DNA of 64,000 nucleotides from Bacteroidales bacterium (GCA_024763075.1 JANTGF010000004.1:10755-74754), one strand, 5' to 3'. Counted from the stretch's first letter, positions 31,479 to 41,262 are shown. A program made the numbers and translations. Notes: generated from the sequence alone by a model not told the origin.

Positions 31479-32903
31479 TTGGGACGAAAAAGGAAAAAAA
31501 TGCCTCTGCTGGAACAGGTTGGGGTAACAGATATAGGAGCGGAGGGAAAATCGATTGCACGTATAGATGAAAGAGTAATCTTTCTTACAAATGCGATTCC
31601 GGGTGATGTGGTGGACATTCAGGTAAACCGGAAGAAAAAAAACTTCATGGAAGGATATCCGGTAAAATTTTACAAATATTCTGAGGACAGGGTAGAACCT
31701 TTCTGTGAACATTTTGGGGTTTGTGGTGGGTGTAAATGGCAGCAGTTGCCTTATGAAAAGCAATTGTTTTATAAGCAAAAACAGGTGGCTGACCAGCTTC
31801 AAAGGATTGGGGGTTTGAAAGAAGAAGAACTTAAAATGATGCAACCAATTTTGGCATCACCGAAAGACAGATATTATCGGAATAAGCTTGAATTTACTTT
31901 TTCAAATAAGCGATGGGTCACTAAGGAGGAACTGGAATCCGGCGAAGAAATTCATGAAAGAAAAGGATTGGGCTTTCATATTCCGAAGATGTTTGATAAA
32001 ATCCTGGATATTCAGAATTGCTACCTGCAACCGGAACCATCCAACGAAATACGTGCCTGGTTCCGGGAGCATACAAAAGGTGCGGAATATTTTGATATAC
32101 GCGAGCATAAAGGATTGATGCGAAACCTGACAATACGTACAGCAAATACGGGTGAAGTGATGGTGATGGTGGCCTTTTATGAGAATAATGAATCTTACAT
32201 TCAATCATTGCTTTCATCATTTGTAAAAGATTTTCCACAAGTTAATTCGGTAATGTATGTGATAAACTCAAAGGCGAATGATACGATTCTGGATCAGGAT
32301 ATTTTATTATTCTCGGGAAAGGATTATATTGTTGAAAAAATGGAAGATCTGGAATTCCAAATCGGGCCAAAGTCTTTTTATCAGACCAATTCAGAGCAGG
32401 CTTTATCACTGTATAAAACAGCCAGGGATTTTGCCGGTTTAAAGGGGGATGAAGTTGTGTATGACCTTTATACAGGTACAGGGACCATTGCTAACTTTAT
32501 TGCAGGCTCAGCGGCAAAAGTGATTGGAATCGAATCGGTTCCGGAGGCAATTGAAGATGCAAAAGAGAACTCAGCCAGGAACCATATTTCAAATACTGTT
32601 TTTCTTGCAGGGGACATGAAAGATGCTTTTGATCCTGAACTGATGCAGGAACACGGAAAACCTGATGTTGTAATCCTTGACCCTCCCAGAGCCGGGGTGC
32701 ATCAGAATGTAGTTGATAATCTGATTCATGCAGCTCCTCAGAAGATTGTTTATGTAAGTTGTAATCCTGCTACGCAGGCCCGGGATATTAAATTGCTTGC
32801 CGGTCATTATTCCATTACGGGAATACAAGCAGTAGATATGTTCCCACAGACCCATCATGTGGAAAATGTTGTTCTGCTGGAACGGGAAAAAGACAGGGAA
32901 TAA
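31479..32903 (+). CDS. rlmD: 23S rRNA (uracil-1939-C5) methyltransferase
   Basis: TRAM domain; C.HFG.CGGC; YRNKLEF; SFYQTN; DPPRAG; YVSCNPATQARD; VDMFPQT.HVE; TTG start; TATCTTTG box at 31455-31462. Confidence 0.96.
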   Translation: MGRKRKKMPLLEQVGVTDIGAEGKSIARIDERVIFLTNAIPGDVVDIQVNRKKKNFMEGYPVKFYKYSEDRVEPFCEHFGVCGGCKWQQLPYEKQLFYKQKQVADQLQRIGGLKEEELKMMQPILASPKDRYYRNKLEFTFSNKRWVTKEELESGEEIHERKGLGFHIPKMFDKILDIQNCYLQPEPSNEIRAWFREHTKGAEYFDIREHKGLMRNLTIRTANTGEVMVMVAFYENNESYIQSLLSSFVKDFPQVNSVMYVINSKANDTILDQDILLFSGKDYIVEKMEDLEFQIGPKSFYQTNSEQALSLYKTARDFAGLKGDEVVYDLYTGTGTIANFIAGSAAKVIGIESVPEAIEDAKENSARNHISNTVFLAGDMKDAFDPELMQEHGKPDVVILDPPRAGVHQNVVDNLIHAAPQKIVYVSCNPATQARDIKLLAGHYSITGIQAVDMFPQTHHVENVVLLEREKDRE

Positions 32904-32945
32904 CTGATATCTTCCCACTCCAGCCGGATTTCGGAGTCTGTTTTA

Positions 32946-34661
32946 TCAAACCGGAGTTTTTACTCCCGGGAAATTTTTCTTAAAATCAACCCAGTAATCC
33001 TTTATAGATGTTTTTATTTCTTTATGAAGCAGAAGGAGACCTATGAGGTTTGGAATAGCCATTAATACAATGGTAATATAAGATAAAGACCAGATGATGG
33101 TTGTATCGGTAAAGGATGCAAAGAAAAATCCTGCAACATATAAAAAACGGTAATAAATTACATAATTTGGTCCTGCGAGATAAGTAATTGCCCTTCCTCC
33201 GTAATAAGACCACGAAATGGCTGTGGAAAAAGCAAATAACAACAAGCCAATAGAAACAATGTATTTACCATAATCACCCAAAAAACTGTGTCTGAAAGCT
33301 TCAGTAGTTAGTGGTGCACTGTGGATCAACGATTTCCCTTTAACAACAATTTCTCCTGACTGGTTGTCCAGTTTGCCGTTTTTTACACTAACCTCACCGG
33401 TCATCAGATCTTTCCCGTAAAAATATTGCACATCCTCGGCAACTGAACGGGAATTAATGAGGGTAACGGCATTTGTCATTTTCCCTTCTTCAATATTCAA
33501 TTTGCCGGTATATAAAGGAAGTGATTCTTTGTGAAATAAGAAATGGTTCAGCTTTTCCTGGTCAGTTGGGATTTTATCGTTAAAGGTTCCGTCCAAAAAA
33601 GTCATGTCGGTTACCTGAAACTGATTTTCAATTTTTTGATTCCAGACTCCGGATGAAAGCAAAACCAGTCCGGTGAGCGTACAAATTATTATGGTGTCTA
33701 TAAAAGGTTCAAGAATAGCGACCATTCCTTCCGAAACAGGTTCATGTGCCTTGGCAGCTGCGTGTGCTATGGGTGCTGAACCCTGCCCGGCTTCATTGGA
33801 AAAAAGTCCTCTGTTGGCACCCCTGTTAAATACAAAGGCAAAACTGGCGCCCAGAAATCCCCCGACCGCTGCCTGTCCGGTAAAAGCATACCTGAAGATT
33901 GAAAGAAAAGAAGGAATGATATTCTCATAATTTGAGAATATAACAAAAGCTGCTCCTAAAAAATATAAAATAGCCATGGCCGGTACCAATCGGGAAGTTA
34001 CTTTGGCAATTCTTTTGATCCCGCCAATTATTACCATTCCAAGCAAAACGGATAGAATTGCTCCGGTAATTATTTGTTTTAAACCAAAGGTCGTGAAAAC
34101 AGAGTTGGAAATACTGTTAATCTGCGGTAAATTACCGGTTCCGAAAGAAGAAAGAATAGTAGCAACGGCAAAAAAACCACCCAGCCATTTTCCTGTCTGC
34201 AAAACTTTATTGTTCTTTAGTTTAATATTTAATCTTTTTTTCATGTAATACATGGGACCTCCGGAGATGGATCCGTCGGGCAGGATGTCCCGGTATTTAT
34301 GAGAGATGGTGACTTCAACAAATTTTGTAGTCATTCCAAAAAAAGCAGTAACAAGCATCCAGAAAAGTGCGGCTGGCCCTCCCAGGTGAATGGCCAGTGC
34401 TACCCCGGCAATATTCCCGGTACCAACTGTTCCGGACAGGGCTGTAGATAAGGCCTGGAAGTGAGAAGTATCTCCTACATCCGTTTTTTTATCAAATTTC
34501 CCTTTTACTATGTTTATGGCATGTTTAAAATAGCGAATCTGAGGGAACCCCAGATAAATAGTGAAAAAAATTCCGGTACCCAGAAGAAGAAATACAAACC
34601 ACCAGTGTCCGCCCATATAAGAGTCGAGCTGGATTAAAAATGCATTTGCCTTTTGAATCAT
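32946..34661 (-). CDS. Sodium:alanine/glycine symporter (AGCS/AlsT family)
   Basis: [50 protein letters not shown]. Confidence 0.95.
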   Translation of the reverse strand: MIQKANAFLIQLDSYMGGHWWFVFLLLGTGIFFTIYLGFPQIRYFKHAINIVKGKFDKKTDVGDTSHFQALSTALSGTVGTGNIAGVALAIHLGGPAALFWMLVTAFFGMTTKFVEVTISHKYRDILPDGSISGGPMYYMKKRLNIKLKNNKVLQTGKWLGGFFAVATILSSFGTGNLPQINSISNSVFTTFGLKQIITGAILSVLLGMVIIGGIKRIAKVTSRLVPAMAILYFLGAAFVIFSNYENIIPSFLSIFRYAFTGQAAVGGFLGASFAFVFNRGANRGLFSNEAGQGSAPIAHAAAKAHEPVSEGMVAILEPFIDTIIICTLTGLVLLSSGVWNQKIENQFQVTDMTFLDGTFNDKIPTDQEKLNHFLFHKESLPLYTGKLNIEEGKMTNAVTLINSRSVAEDVQYFYGKDLMTGEVSVKNGKLDNQSGEIVVKGKSLIHSAPLTTEAFRHSFLGDYGKYIVSIGLLLFAFSTAISWSYYGGRAITYLAGPNYVIYYRFLYVAGFFFASFTDTTIIWSLSYITIVLMAIPNLIGLLLLHKEIKTSIKDYWVDFKKNFPGVKTPV

Positions 34662-34689
34662 TAAGCTTGGTTTTTTAGGATTAAGGAAA

Positions 34690-34697
34690 CAAATGTA
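34690..34697 (-). promoter_or_regulatory. -7 promoter box for the symporter gene
   Basis: TACATTTG on the minus strand, about 30 nt upstream of the ATG. Confidence 0.6.
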
Positions 34698-34754
34698 ACA
34701 ATAATGATAAAAATACCGAATGTAACTTTGAGAATTTGAAGGATAAAACGGATA

Positions 34755-34788
34755 TAAAAAAAGAGTTTCCGGAAACCCGGAAACTCTT
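34755..34788 (-). terminator. Intrinsic terminator of the putative sRNA
   Basis: Minus strand AAGAGTTTCCGG-gttt-CCGGAAACTCTT-TTTTT. Confidence 0.85.
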
Positions 34789-34866
34789 AACCCCTAACTT
34801 TATCCCCAACGGATAATTTAAACAACCAATTAATTTATAAGAAATCGGTTTTTATTATTTAACCCG
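34755..34866 (-). ncRNA. Putative sigma54-dependent small RNA (about 110 nt)
   Basis: Bounded by a -24/-12 box and a 12-bp terminator stem with a U-run; internal hairpin TTATCC-gttgg-GGATAA; no ATG-initiated ORF. Confidence 0.6.
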
Positions 34867-34876
34867 ATAAGTTAAA

Positions 34877-34892
34877 TACAATGATTGTGCCA
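34877..34892 (-). promoter_or_regulatory. Sigma54 (RpoN) -24/-12 promoter
   Basis: Minus strand TGGCAC-AATCA-TTGTA versus consensus TGGCAC-N5-TTGCW; correct spacing, one mismatch. Confidence 0.65.
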
Positions 34893-35142
34893 TAAATTGC
34901 AATGTGCATAATATCAATTCTATACGGGTAATTGCGAAAATTTCCATGTTTTCAAATACGTACGGTTATGATACAATGGAAGTTCGATTTCGTACAATTT
35001 GAACAAAGTTTGAAAGATTTGCCGGGGGGTTGAATATTCGATATTTAAATAAATATAATAACCCAACTACATTGCCGGGGAAAACCAACTATAACCTTTT
35101 TCAGGGTATTTCGTAAACTAATTATTAAAACAAATTGACTTC

Positions 35143-35352
35143 ATGAACCTGATTAGGAAAATATTCATTATTATCCTTACTTTTTCTATGGTTTCCTGTG
35201 TGACCATCTCCATACAACCAAAGAAAAAGAAAAAGAAGCGATCACATTTCCAGCATGTGGAAACTACCCATCTTGGGAAAAATAAATATTTCTTTTCAAA
35301 AGATTATCAGCGAAAGCTGTCAAAACGTGCAAAGAAGAACCGTAGAAAGTAA
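35143..35352 (+). CDS. Small, very basic putative lipoprotein (69 aa)
   Basis: Signal peptide with lipobox MVSC, poly-Lys tract, followed directly by a hairpin. Confidence 0.65.
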   Translation: MNLIRKIFIIILTFSMVSCVTISIQPKKKKKKRSHFQHVETTHLGKNKYFFSKDYQRKLSKRAKKNRRK

Positions 35353-35379
35353 ACCGAATCTGAAAAACAGATTCGGTTC
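35353..35379. terminator. Hairpin between convergent genes (likely terminator)
   Basis: AACCGAATCTG-aaaaa-CAGATTCGGTT. Confidence 0.7.
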
Positions 35380-37230
35380 TTATTCTAATTTAACTGTTTT
35401 ATTGTAAATTTCCTCCAGATACCGTGCAGCTCTCAGGTAATATACCCTTGATTCCGGATCGCTATCTTTGAGAAGAGCACTGATATCGTCCTTAAATAAA
35501 ATCCTTATATCCTGGGGTAAATTCGTAATAATATTTACGGCCCAGAGTTTAACCAAATCATTTTTGTTTTTTAGTTCTTCTCTTAAAACTTTAACACCAT
35601 CCCTTGTATCAGGCGAATAGCACAAAATCTCAGCGGCTGTCATTTTAACCATATCCGAAGGATCACTCAGCGCCTTTTGAACTGCAACAATACATTTCTC
35701 ACATTGTTTTTCCAATAGTTTTAAACCGTAAATAGCCCAATAACGGATAATTTGGTTCGGGTCATTTAATTTATCAAGGAATACGGTAATATTTTCAGGG
35801 TTTTGCATACTAGCTATATTGGCAAGATCCAGAATTTCTGGTAAAGGGTAATTATTCGTCCGGGTGAAGTCTGCAATGGCTGTTTCTTTTGTAATTTCAC
35901 TAAGTTGTGGTTCGGGAATAAATCCACTGTCATAAATATTCAGGATATACTCATTACAGGCATTCCTCATGCTTTCCAATACCTTTTTATAACCGGGGTT
36001 ATCAGCCAGGTTATTCACTTCCCACGGATCAAGGGAAGTATTGTACAATTCCTCCGGTGGTTTTGTTCTCCAGAACATGCTTTGGATCTCATTACATTTG
36101 CCATTGAGGTAAGCTTTTTCCCAGGAACGGACTGACGGAGCTCTCCAGAGATAGTTAAGGTGCTGTCCGTAAATCCGGTCCGGCATATAATTCCTGATGT
36201 ACCTGTATTGTTGACTACGTACGGCCCGGCTCATGTCATATCTTTCGTCCATTCTTCCCCTGTACATAAATATGTAATCCTTGTGTTTTGTTTTATACTT
36301 TTTAAGAAAAGCTTTTCCCTGCATATAATCCGGTGGTTTGATTCCGGCAAGGCTGAGGACAGTGGGCGCAAAATCTACAAAACTGACCAGCCTGTCAGAA
36401 ACTGATCCGGGTTTGCCGGGTGCAAGTTTACGGTATTTTTCAGGAAAACGGATGATAAAAGGTACATGGGTGCCAGTCTCATATACAAAACGTTTGCTCC
36501 GGGCGAGCACACCGCCATGGTCTGCATAATAAAATACAATAGTGTTTTCTGCCAGACCTTCATCTTCCAGTTTTTTTAAAAATTTACCGATTTGCTCATC
36601 CATGGCAGTAACCTTATCATAATATTGTGCCCAGTCATGTCGCATTTCCGGAGTATCGGGGTGGTAGGGGGGGAGTTTTACTTTTTTTGGGTCATGCTTC
36701 AGGGGTTCCTCCCATTTATGAATCTTTGATTCATGTGTAATATTGAAATTCTGAACGTGAAAAAATGGTTTGCCATCAGGGCGGTTAAGGTAGCTTGCTT
36801 CACGGCTTGACTCATCCCAGATATCCACTCCTTTCCATTGAGTATTATAATCTTCTTTGGCATTATTTGTACAATAATATCCGTTTTCCCGCAGAATCTG
36901 CGGAAAGAAACGAATATTTTCCGGGAGAGAATACTGACTGCGCATGTGCTGTGTACCCAGTGAGCTTGCATAACAACCGGTAATAAGTGTGGATCTTGCC
37001 GGTGCACATACCGGAGTATTGGCATAGGCATGTGTGTAACGCACTCCCTCTGCTGCCATTTTGTCCAGGTTGGGTGTTACCGCAAAAGAATCGCCATAGC
37101 AACCTAAAAAAGGGCTATTATCCTCACTTACCAGCCAGATAATATTGGGGGGTTCTGCCGGAGTATATTTATTACTACAAGCTGAAATAACTAAAAATAA
37201 AATGTTGAAATAGAAAATGATTGGTTTCAT
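35380..37230 (-). CDS. Sulfatase (S1 family) lipoprotein with C-terminal HEAT-like repeats
   Basis: Lipobox ISAC; PNIIW..ED; CAPAR..LITG; DHG; LVSFVDFAPT; EELY...DPWE..NLA. Confidence 0.93.
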   Translation of the reverse strand: MKPIIFYFNILFLVISACSNKYTPAEPPNIIWLVSEDNSPFLGCYGDSFAVTPNLDKMAAEGVRYTHAYANTPVCAPARSTLITGCYASSLGTQHMRSQYSLPENIRFFPQILRENGYYCTNNAKEDYNTQWKGVDIWDESSREASYLNRPDGKPFFHVQNFNITHESKIHKWEEPLKHDPKKVKLPPYHPDTPEMRHDWAQYYDKVTAMDEQIGKFLKKLEDEGLAENTIVFYYADHGGVLARSKRFVYETGTHVPFIIRFPEKYRKLAPGKPGSVSDRLVSFVDFAPTVLSLAGIKPPDYMQGKAFLKKYKTKHKDYIFMYRGRMDERYDMSRAVRSQQYRYIRNYMPDRIYGQHLNYLWRAPSVRSWEKAYLNGKCNEIQSMFWRTKPPEELYNTSLDPWEVNNLADNPGYKKVLESMRNACNEYILNIYDSGFIPEPQLSEITKETAIADFTRTNNYPLPEILDLANIASMQNPENITVFLDKLNDPNQIIRYWAIYGLKLLEKQCEKCIVAVQKALSDPSDMVKMTAAEILCYSPDTRDGVKVLREELKNKNDLVKLWAVNIITNLPQDIRILFKDDISALLKDSDPESRVYYLRAARYLEEIYNKTVKLE

Positions 37231-37529
37231 TTATTTATGTTTTATTGTCCAATGATGTATGGTCTTTTAAAGTATCAGATATGGAATGCTCTAATCAAAA
37301 ATAAAAATAGGCAATTTAGAAGACCTCTCCAAAATGAAAAAATAGTATTGGCTTGTTTGTTTGAAATTGCAATACTGAATGCGTCATAAATCCCTGGATA
37401 GATTATATTTTACAAGTTTGTGTTAAGGAACATATTACAGACTGATCGAAAGGGAGGAGAATTATGTAATTTTGTTTTTGTGAGTTTCCTGGATAAACAG
37501 ATGTAAATCAATCTGAAAAAGAACTTATT

Positions 37530-37946
37530 ATGGATACAAAAAAACTCAGGACGGATAAAATAAAATCTATTGCTGTAAATCTTTTTTTATTTGCTTTCCT
37601 GTATCTGTCTGTTTCATTCAATAAAGAATATATCCGTCCGGTTTATGGGAATATGCCTTTTTGGGGAATTATTACGGGTAGTTTTTCGAATTTTATGGCT
37701 GCTTACATAATTAGCATGTTTTCTCTGGCTCCCATAGTTGCTAACAGAGTTAAGTTGGTAAGAGCAAGGCTCATCTTTTTTTCGATTTCGGTGCTGGCAT
37801 TTATTATCCTAACCATCGAAGAAGTCAAACCTTTTGTGGATGCCAGTAAAGTTTATGATACTTATGATATTATCGCAAGTGGCATAGGTTCCCTTTTTGC
37901 TATTCTTACATTTGAGTTGTGTTTTAGTAAAAAGTTGAAAGAATAA
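37530..37946 (+). CDS. Hypothetical 4-TM membrane protein
   Basis: Hydrophobic segments; GS..NF, EE, YD.YDIIAS..G motifs (VanZ/DUF2809-like, uncertain). Confidence 0.7.
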   Translation: MDTKKLRTDKIKSIAVNLFLFAFLYLSVSFNKEYIRPVYGNMPFWGIITGSFSNFMAAYIISMFSLAPIVANRVKLVRARLIFFSISVLAFIILTIEEVKPFVDASKVYDTYDIIASGIGSLFAILTFELCFSKKLKE

Positions 37947-38020
37947 TCGTAAATTCACACTTCATTAATGCAGAGATGAAGAGTATTCCTTCTTTTTACA
38001 AAACATAGATTTATAACAAT

Positions 38021-38482
38021 ATGCTAACAAAAAATATACTTGATAAACCCTTTGGGCCTGCAGGAACCTTTGCCGGAATACTTATTTTTATTGTTGGTTT
38101 ATATGCAAGTGTCATGTTTTCGCTTAATGGTTTGTTTCTGGTACTCATCGGGGCATTTTTTGGTTTTACCTACACAAGTACGGTCATTGATTTTGAAAGA
38201 AAACGGGTTAAATTCCAGAATCATCTTTTTGGGATCATACCTTACGGGCAATGGTTGGATATTAAACCGGAAATGAAGCTCGGATTAAAGAGATCAAACA
38301 GGACTTACAGTGCTTACAGCCAGAGTAACCGTACTCTTGATATAAGTGAAAAAGACATTAGATTAATACTGTTTGACAGGAATAATAAGCAATTGATTCC
38401 CCTGGAAAAGTATAAAACTAAGGAATCTGCAATAGAAGGTCTGAAGGAATATTGTAAGAATTTGGGCTTAAAAGGTGTTTAA
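38021..38482 (+). CDS. Hypothetical membrane protein (2 TM plus soluble domain)
   Basis: 153-aa ORF; two N-terminal TM segments; LFGII..G.W motif. Confidence 0.75.
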   Translation: MLTKNILDKPFGPAGTFAGILIFIVGLYASVMFSLNGLFLVLIGAFFGFTYTSTVIDFERKRVKFQNHLFGIIPYGQWLDIKPEMKLGLKRSNRTYSAYSQSNRTLDISEKDIRLILFDRNNKQLIPLEKYKTKESAIEGLKEYCKNLGLKGV

Positions 38483-38483
38483 A

Positions 38484-39689
38484 ATGAGATTTCTATTTTT
38501 AGTGATCACCATTGGGACTTTAATTTTATTCGCCTGTAATGAGGCAAATAAAGAAGAAGTGAGCCAGACTGAAGTAAATGGCAAAATGCTGCCATTGTTA
38601 GGCTTTGAAGATGTGAAGGATTCTGTTTCCCTTTCTCTTTCGGCTCTGATTAAAGATGCTGAATTTGTAAAACTGGAAACCCGTCAAGATGCGCTGATTG
38701 CCAATGCTCAATGGATTGTTGGCGAAAAATATATCATTGCATTTTGTTACAACCTGGGCCTGTACCAGTTTGCCAGAGATGGGAGTTTTGTGAGAAAGCT
38801 GGCGTTTATTGGACGTGGCCCACAGGAAATCCAATATCCGGTTTTCACTCTTTCAGAAAGAAATAAACTGTTATATCTGGTTGAAAGGAATGGTCCGGAG
38901 AGTATTAAATGCATAGATCTGAAAACCGGAGAATTCAGGAGTGATATTCCGCTTGCAATATCGGGCCGTTTACAAAATTTCATAATTACAGACGATACAA
39001 TAATCAATTGTGCTCCTCTTGTTGATTCGGGCCAGCCTTCCGGTAAATATTATTTTTTCAGACAAACCACTTCAGGGAATTTTATTGATGGTATATTGAC
39101 CGGAAATGAGAAAGGAGAATCTTATGATAATGGGGAGAAATTACTTTACAGAGTTGGTGGATTGATGCATTACAGGCCGGTAAACTCCGATACAGTATTT
39201 TTGATCAGGAGAGACCATATGGAACCATTTTTTATTTTTGATGCAGGAAACAATGAACTTGGCCCTGATATACAGATAGGCAGAACTACTTTCACCATAC
39301 TTGAAGAAACTCCTGACTTTTTCATTCTTAAGACTTTTACAATTACCACAAAAGAACAAATGGGAGAAAAAGCTTTTCGTTATAAGGGTAAAAGACGTCT
39401 CATTTTAGTGGATAAAGTGAAGAAGCAGGCACGATATATTTCACCCTTTACCAATGACTTTACAGGTGAAAAACTTAATCCGTATTATGCTAAATTTCAA
39501 TCGAATGGCATTTTCTTTATGTCCATAGATGCTTTTTCTTTTCTGAAGAAAGCTGAAAAAATAAAACCCAATCCGGGCCTGGAAATAAAAAACAGGGATC
39601 GCTTTCTTAAACTTTCAGAGGAACTGACTGAGAATGATAATCCTGTTTTACTGATAGGGAATGTCAGGGAGCTTAATAAAAGAAAATAA
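38484..39689 (+). CDS. 6-bladed beta-propeller lipoprotein (DUF4934/DUF5128-like)
   Basis: Lipobox LFAC; LS.L...EFVKLET..ALI; F..DG.F..K...GRGPQE; C-terminal L.E.DNPVL. Confidence 0.85.
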   Translation: MRFLFLVITIGTLILFACNEANKEEVSQTEVNGKMLPLLGFEDVKDSVSLSLSALIKDAEFVKLETRQDALIANAQWIVGEKYIIAFCYNLGLYQFARDGSFVRKLAFIGRGPQEIQYPVFTLSERNKLLYLVERNGPESIKCIDLKTGEFRSDIPLAISGRLQNFIITDDTIINCAPLVDSGQPSGKYYFFRQTTSGNFIDGILTGNEKGESYDNGEKLLYRVGGLMHYRPVNSDTVFLIRRDHMEPFFIFDAGNNELGPDIQIGRTTFTILEETPDFFILKTFTITTKEQMGEKAFRYKGKRRLILVDKVKKQARYISPFTNDFTGEKLNPYYAKFQSNGIFFMSIDAFSFLKKAEKIKPNPGLEIKNRDRFLKLSEELTENDNPVLLIGNVRELNKRK

Positions 39690-39718
39690 GTTTACCTTTG
39701 CTTCAGTGAAGTGGCCGT

Positions 39719-40606
39719 ATGATGAATAAACTCAGATCTTATTTAAAACAACCTTATCCGATTGATACCAGGGGAAACTGGAGAATTGCTCTTTTAACAG
39801 GTATTTTCATATCATTGTTTATGGCAGGCTTTGAACCATTTGGACTGAGCAGGGTGCAAATTGATCATAAGAAGTTAATCTTCGCAGGTTATGGCGCTGT
39901 GACTCTTATTATTTTGTTTTTAGTCATTGTAGCTTTACCCCTTACATTTCGGAGCTATTTCAATGAAAAGCATTGGAATATTGGAAAACATATAATTTAT
40001 TTTCTTTTTATTTTCTTTACTATCGGTCTTGCTAATCTGATTTATAGTGGTTTGATCTTTCACTTTTCACCATTGAACTTTAAGAGATTTATTTTCTTCG
40101 AAATCTTTACACTTATTGTTGGTAGCATACCGGTAAGCTTTATTATTTTGTGGAAGTATAATAAATTCTTAAAACAAAACCTGCAATCGGCAAATGAGCT
40201 TTCATCTCATCTGGATAAGGACAAATCTTCTATGAGATCACAGAGCCCTTTATTATTTGAATTTAGCTCCCATAATGACAAAAACAGGATAAGAATTCAT
40301 AGTGACCATCTTCTTTTTATTGAGTCCGATGGAAATTATTGCAATATTTATCATGTTGAAGGGGAAAAAGTTAAAAAATCTGTTTTACGTACCACACTGA
40401 AAGGAATAGAGAATACTCTTCCGGAAGCATCAGGTCTATATAAAACGCATCGTGCATATATCATTAATCCCGATAAAGTTGAAAAGATAAAAGGGAATGC
40501 ACAGGGTTACCGTCTTGCATTTCATAACCTGAATAAGGAAGCAGCTGTCTCCCGACAGTATATTGCTGAATTCAGGAAACGGATGCAAAAACAAGAATCT
40601 TTCTAA
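39719..40606 (+). CDS. Membrane-anchored LytTR-family transcriptional regulator
   Basis: Four N-terminal TM segments (F.PFG motif); LLFIESDGNY, LR.TLK.IE, HRAYIIN..KV, GNAQGY.L, VSR; TACCTTTG box at 39693-39700. Confidence 0.92.
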   Translation: MMNKLRSYLKQPYPIDTRGNWRIALLTGIFISLFMAGFEPFGLSRVQIDHKKLIFAGYGAVTLIILFLVIVALPLTFRSYFNEKHWNIGKHIIYFLFIFFTIGLANLIYSGLIFHFSPLNFKRFIFFEIFTLIVGSIPVSFIILWKYNKFLKQNLQSANELSSHLDKDKSSMRSQSPLLFEFSSHNDKNRIRIHSDHLLFIESDGNYCNIYHVEGEKVKKSVLRTTLKGIENTLPEASGLYKTHRAYIINPDKVEKIKGNAQGYRLAFHNLNKEAAVSRQYIAEFRKRMQKQESF

Positions 40607-40641
40607 AATATCTCGCTAAAAAACCCTGACAGGCCTTTGAT

Positions 40642-40712
40642 ATTCGTCCCCAAAATTTGTTAACTATCACACTCTAATGCATTTCATCACAAAAGCATGC
40701 GATATGTCCCGT
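40642..40712 (+). promoter_or_regulatory. Array of four putative LytTR-binding direct repeats
   Basis: Cores GTCCC (40646), ATCAC (40666), ATCAC (40686), GTCCC (40706), exactly 20 bp apart. Confidence 0.65.
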
Positions 40713-40809
40713 TTATGATTATTTTTTTGCGAAATAACCTAATATTGTTGTGAATTCATACAGTAAGATTTCACGTGAGATTATGTTTAACAAATTAAAA
40801 ATTAGAAAA

Positions 40810-41115
40810 ATGAAAAAGTATTGGATTTTATTAACAGCAATTATTTTAGTTATTACAGGAGTTGTTCTTCAGTTATCCGGAGTTTCTGTATTATCAGCAG
40901 ACCAGTTTGCTATGAATTATTTTTCAGCCGGGCAGTTTTCCTGTGGTGTTTTTTCGGCAGGGATATTTTCGATTGGTATTTTCTCCATTGGGATATTTTC
41001 GATTGGTATTTTCTCCATCAGTATTTTCAATATAGGTTTATACACAATCGGGTTCTTTATTTTGGGATGGAAAAAACGTTTGCCAGCTATGTTTACTCAG
41101 GAAAAAACTGAATAA
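40810..41115 (+). CDS. Small membrane protein with GIFSI pentapeptide repeats
   Basis: N-terminal TM, then about 9 G-[IV]-F-S-[IA] type repeats; ATG at 40810 after an A-rich leader. Confidence 0.8.
   Translation: MKKYWILLTAIILVITGVVLQLSGVSVLSADQFAMNYFSAGQFSCGVFSAGIFSIGIFSIGIFSIGIFSISIFNIGLYTIGFFILGWKKRLPAMFTQEKTE
40960..41018 (+). repeat. 30-bp tandem duplication inside the GIFSI gene
   Basis: GGGATATTTTCGATTGGTATTTTCTCCAT(T) twice. Confidence 0.85.
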
Positions 41116-41221
41116 ATCATGCTTAGAGCTTGTTCTCAGTTATCTATTGACAGTATATCTCCAGGGTAAGTATAAAATATGATGCAATAAAATAAAAGGG
41201 CATAAAATATTTTATGAATGG

Positions 41222-41262
41222 ATAATTTTACCCGAAAGCAAAGCGTTTTTGGGTAAAATTAT
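41222..41262. repeat. Intergenic inverted repeat / hairpin
   Basis: ATAATTTTACCC...GGGTAAAATTAT, perfect 12-bp arms. Confidence 0.7.

Noticed and set aside
34700-34900. Glycine riboswitch upstream of the alanine/glycine symporter
   Set aside because: Conserved glycine aptamer motifs (GGAGA..CCGAAG..CTCTCAGG) not seen
40821-41111. 96-aa ORF with DIFDWYFLH repeats
   Set aside because: Shifted frame of the GIFSI gene with a TTG start; its repeat simply mirrors the DNA duplication
41124-41145. TTAGAGCTTGTTCTCAG, resembling a MITE end
   Set aside because: No matching second terminus found; too short to support a call
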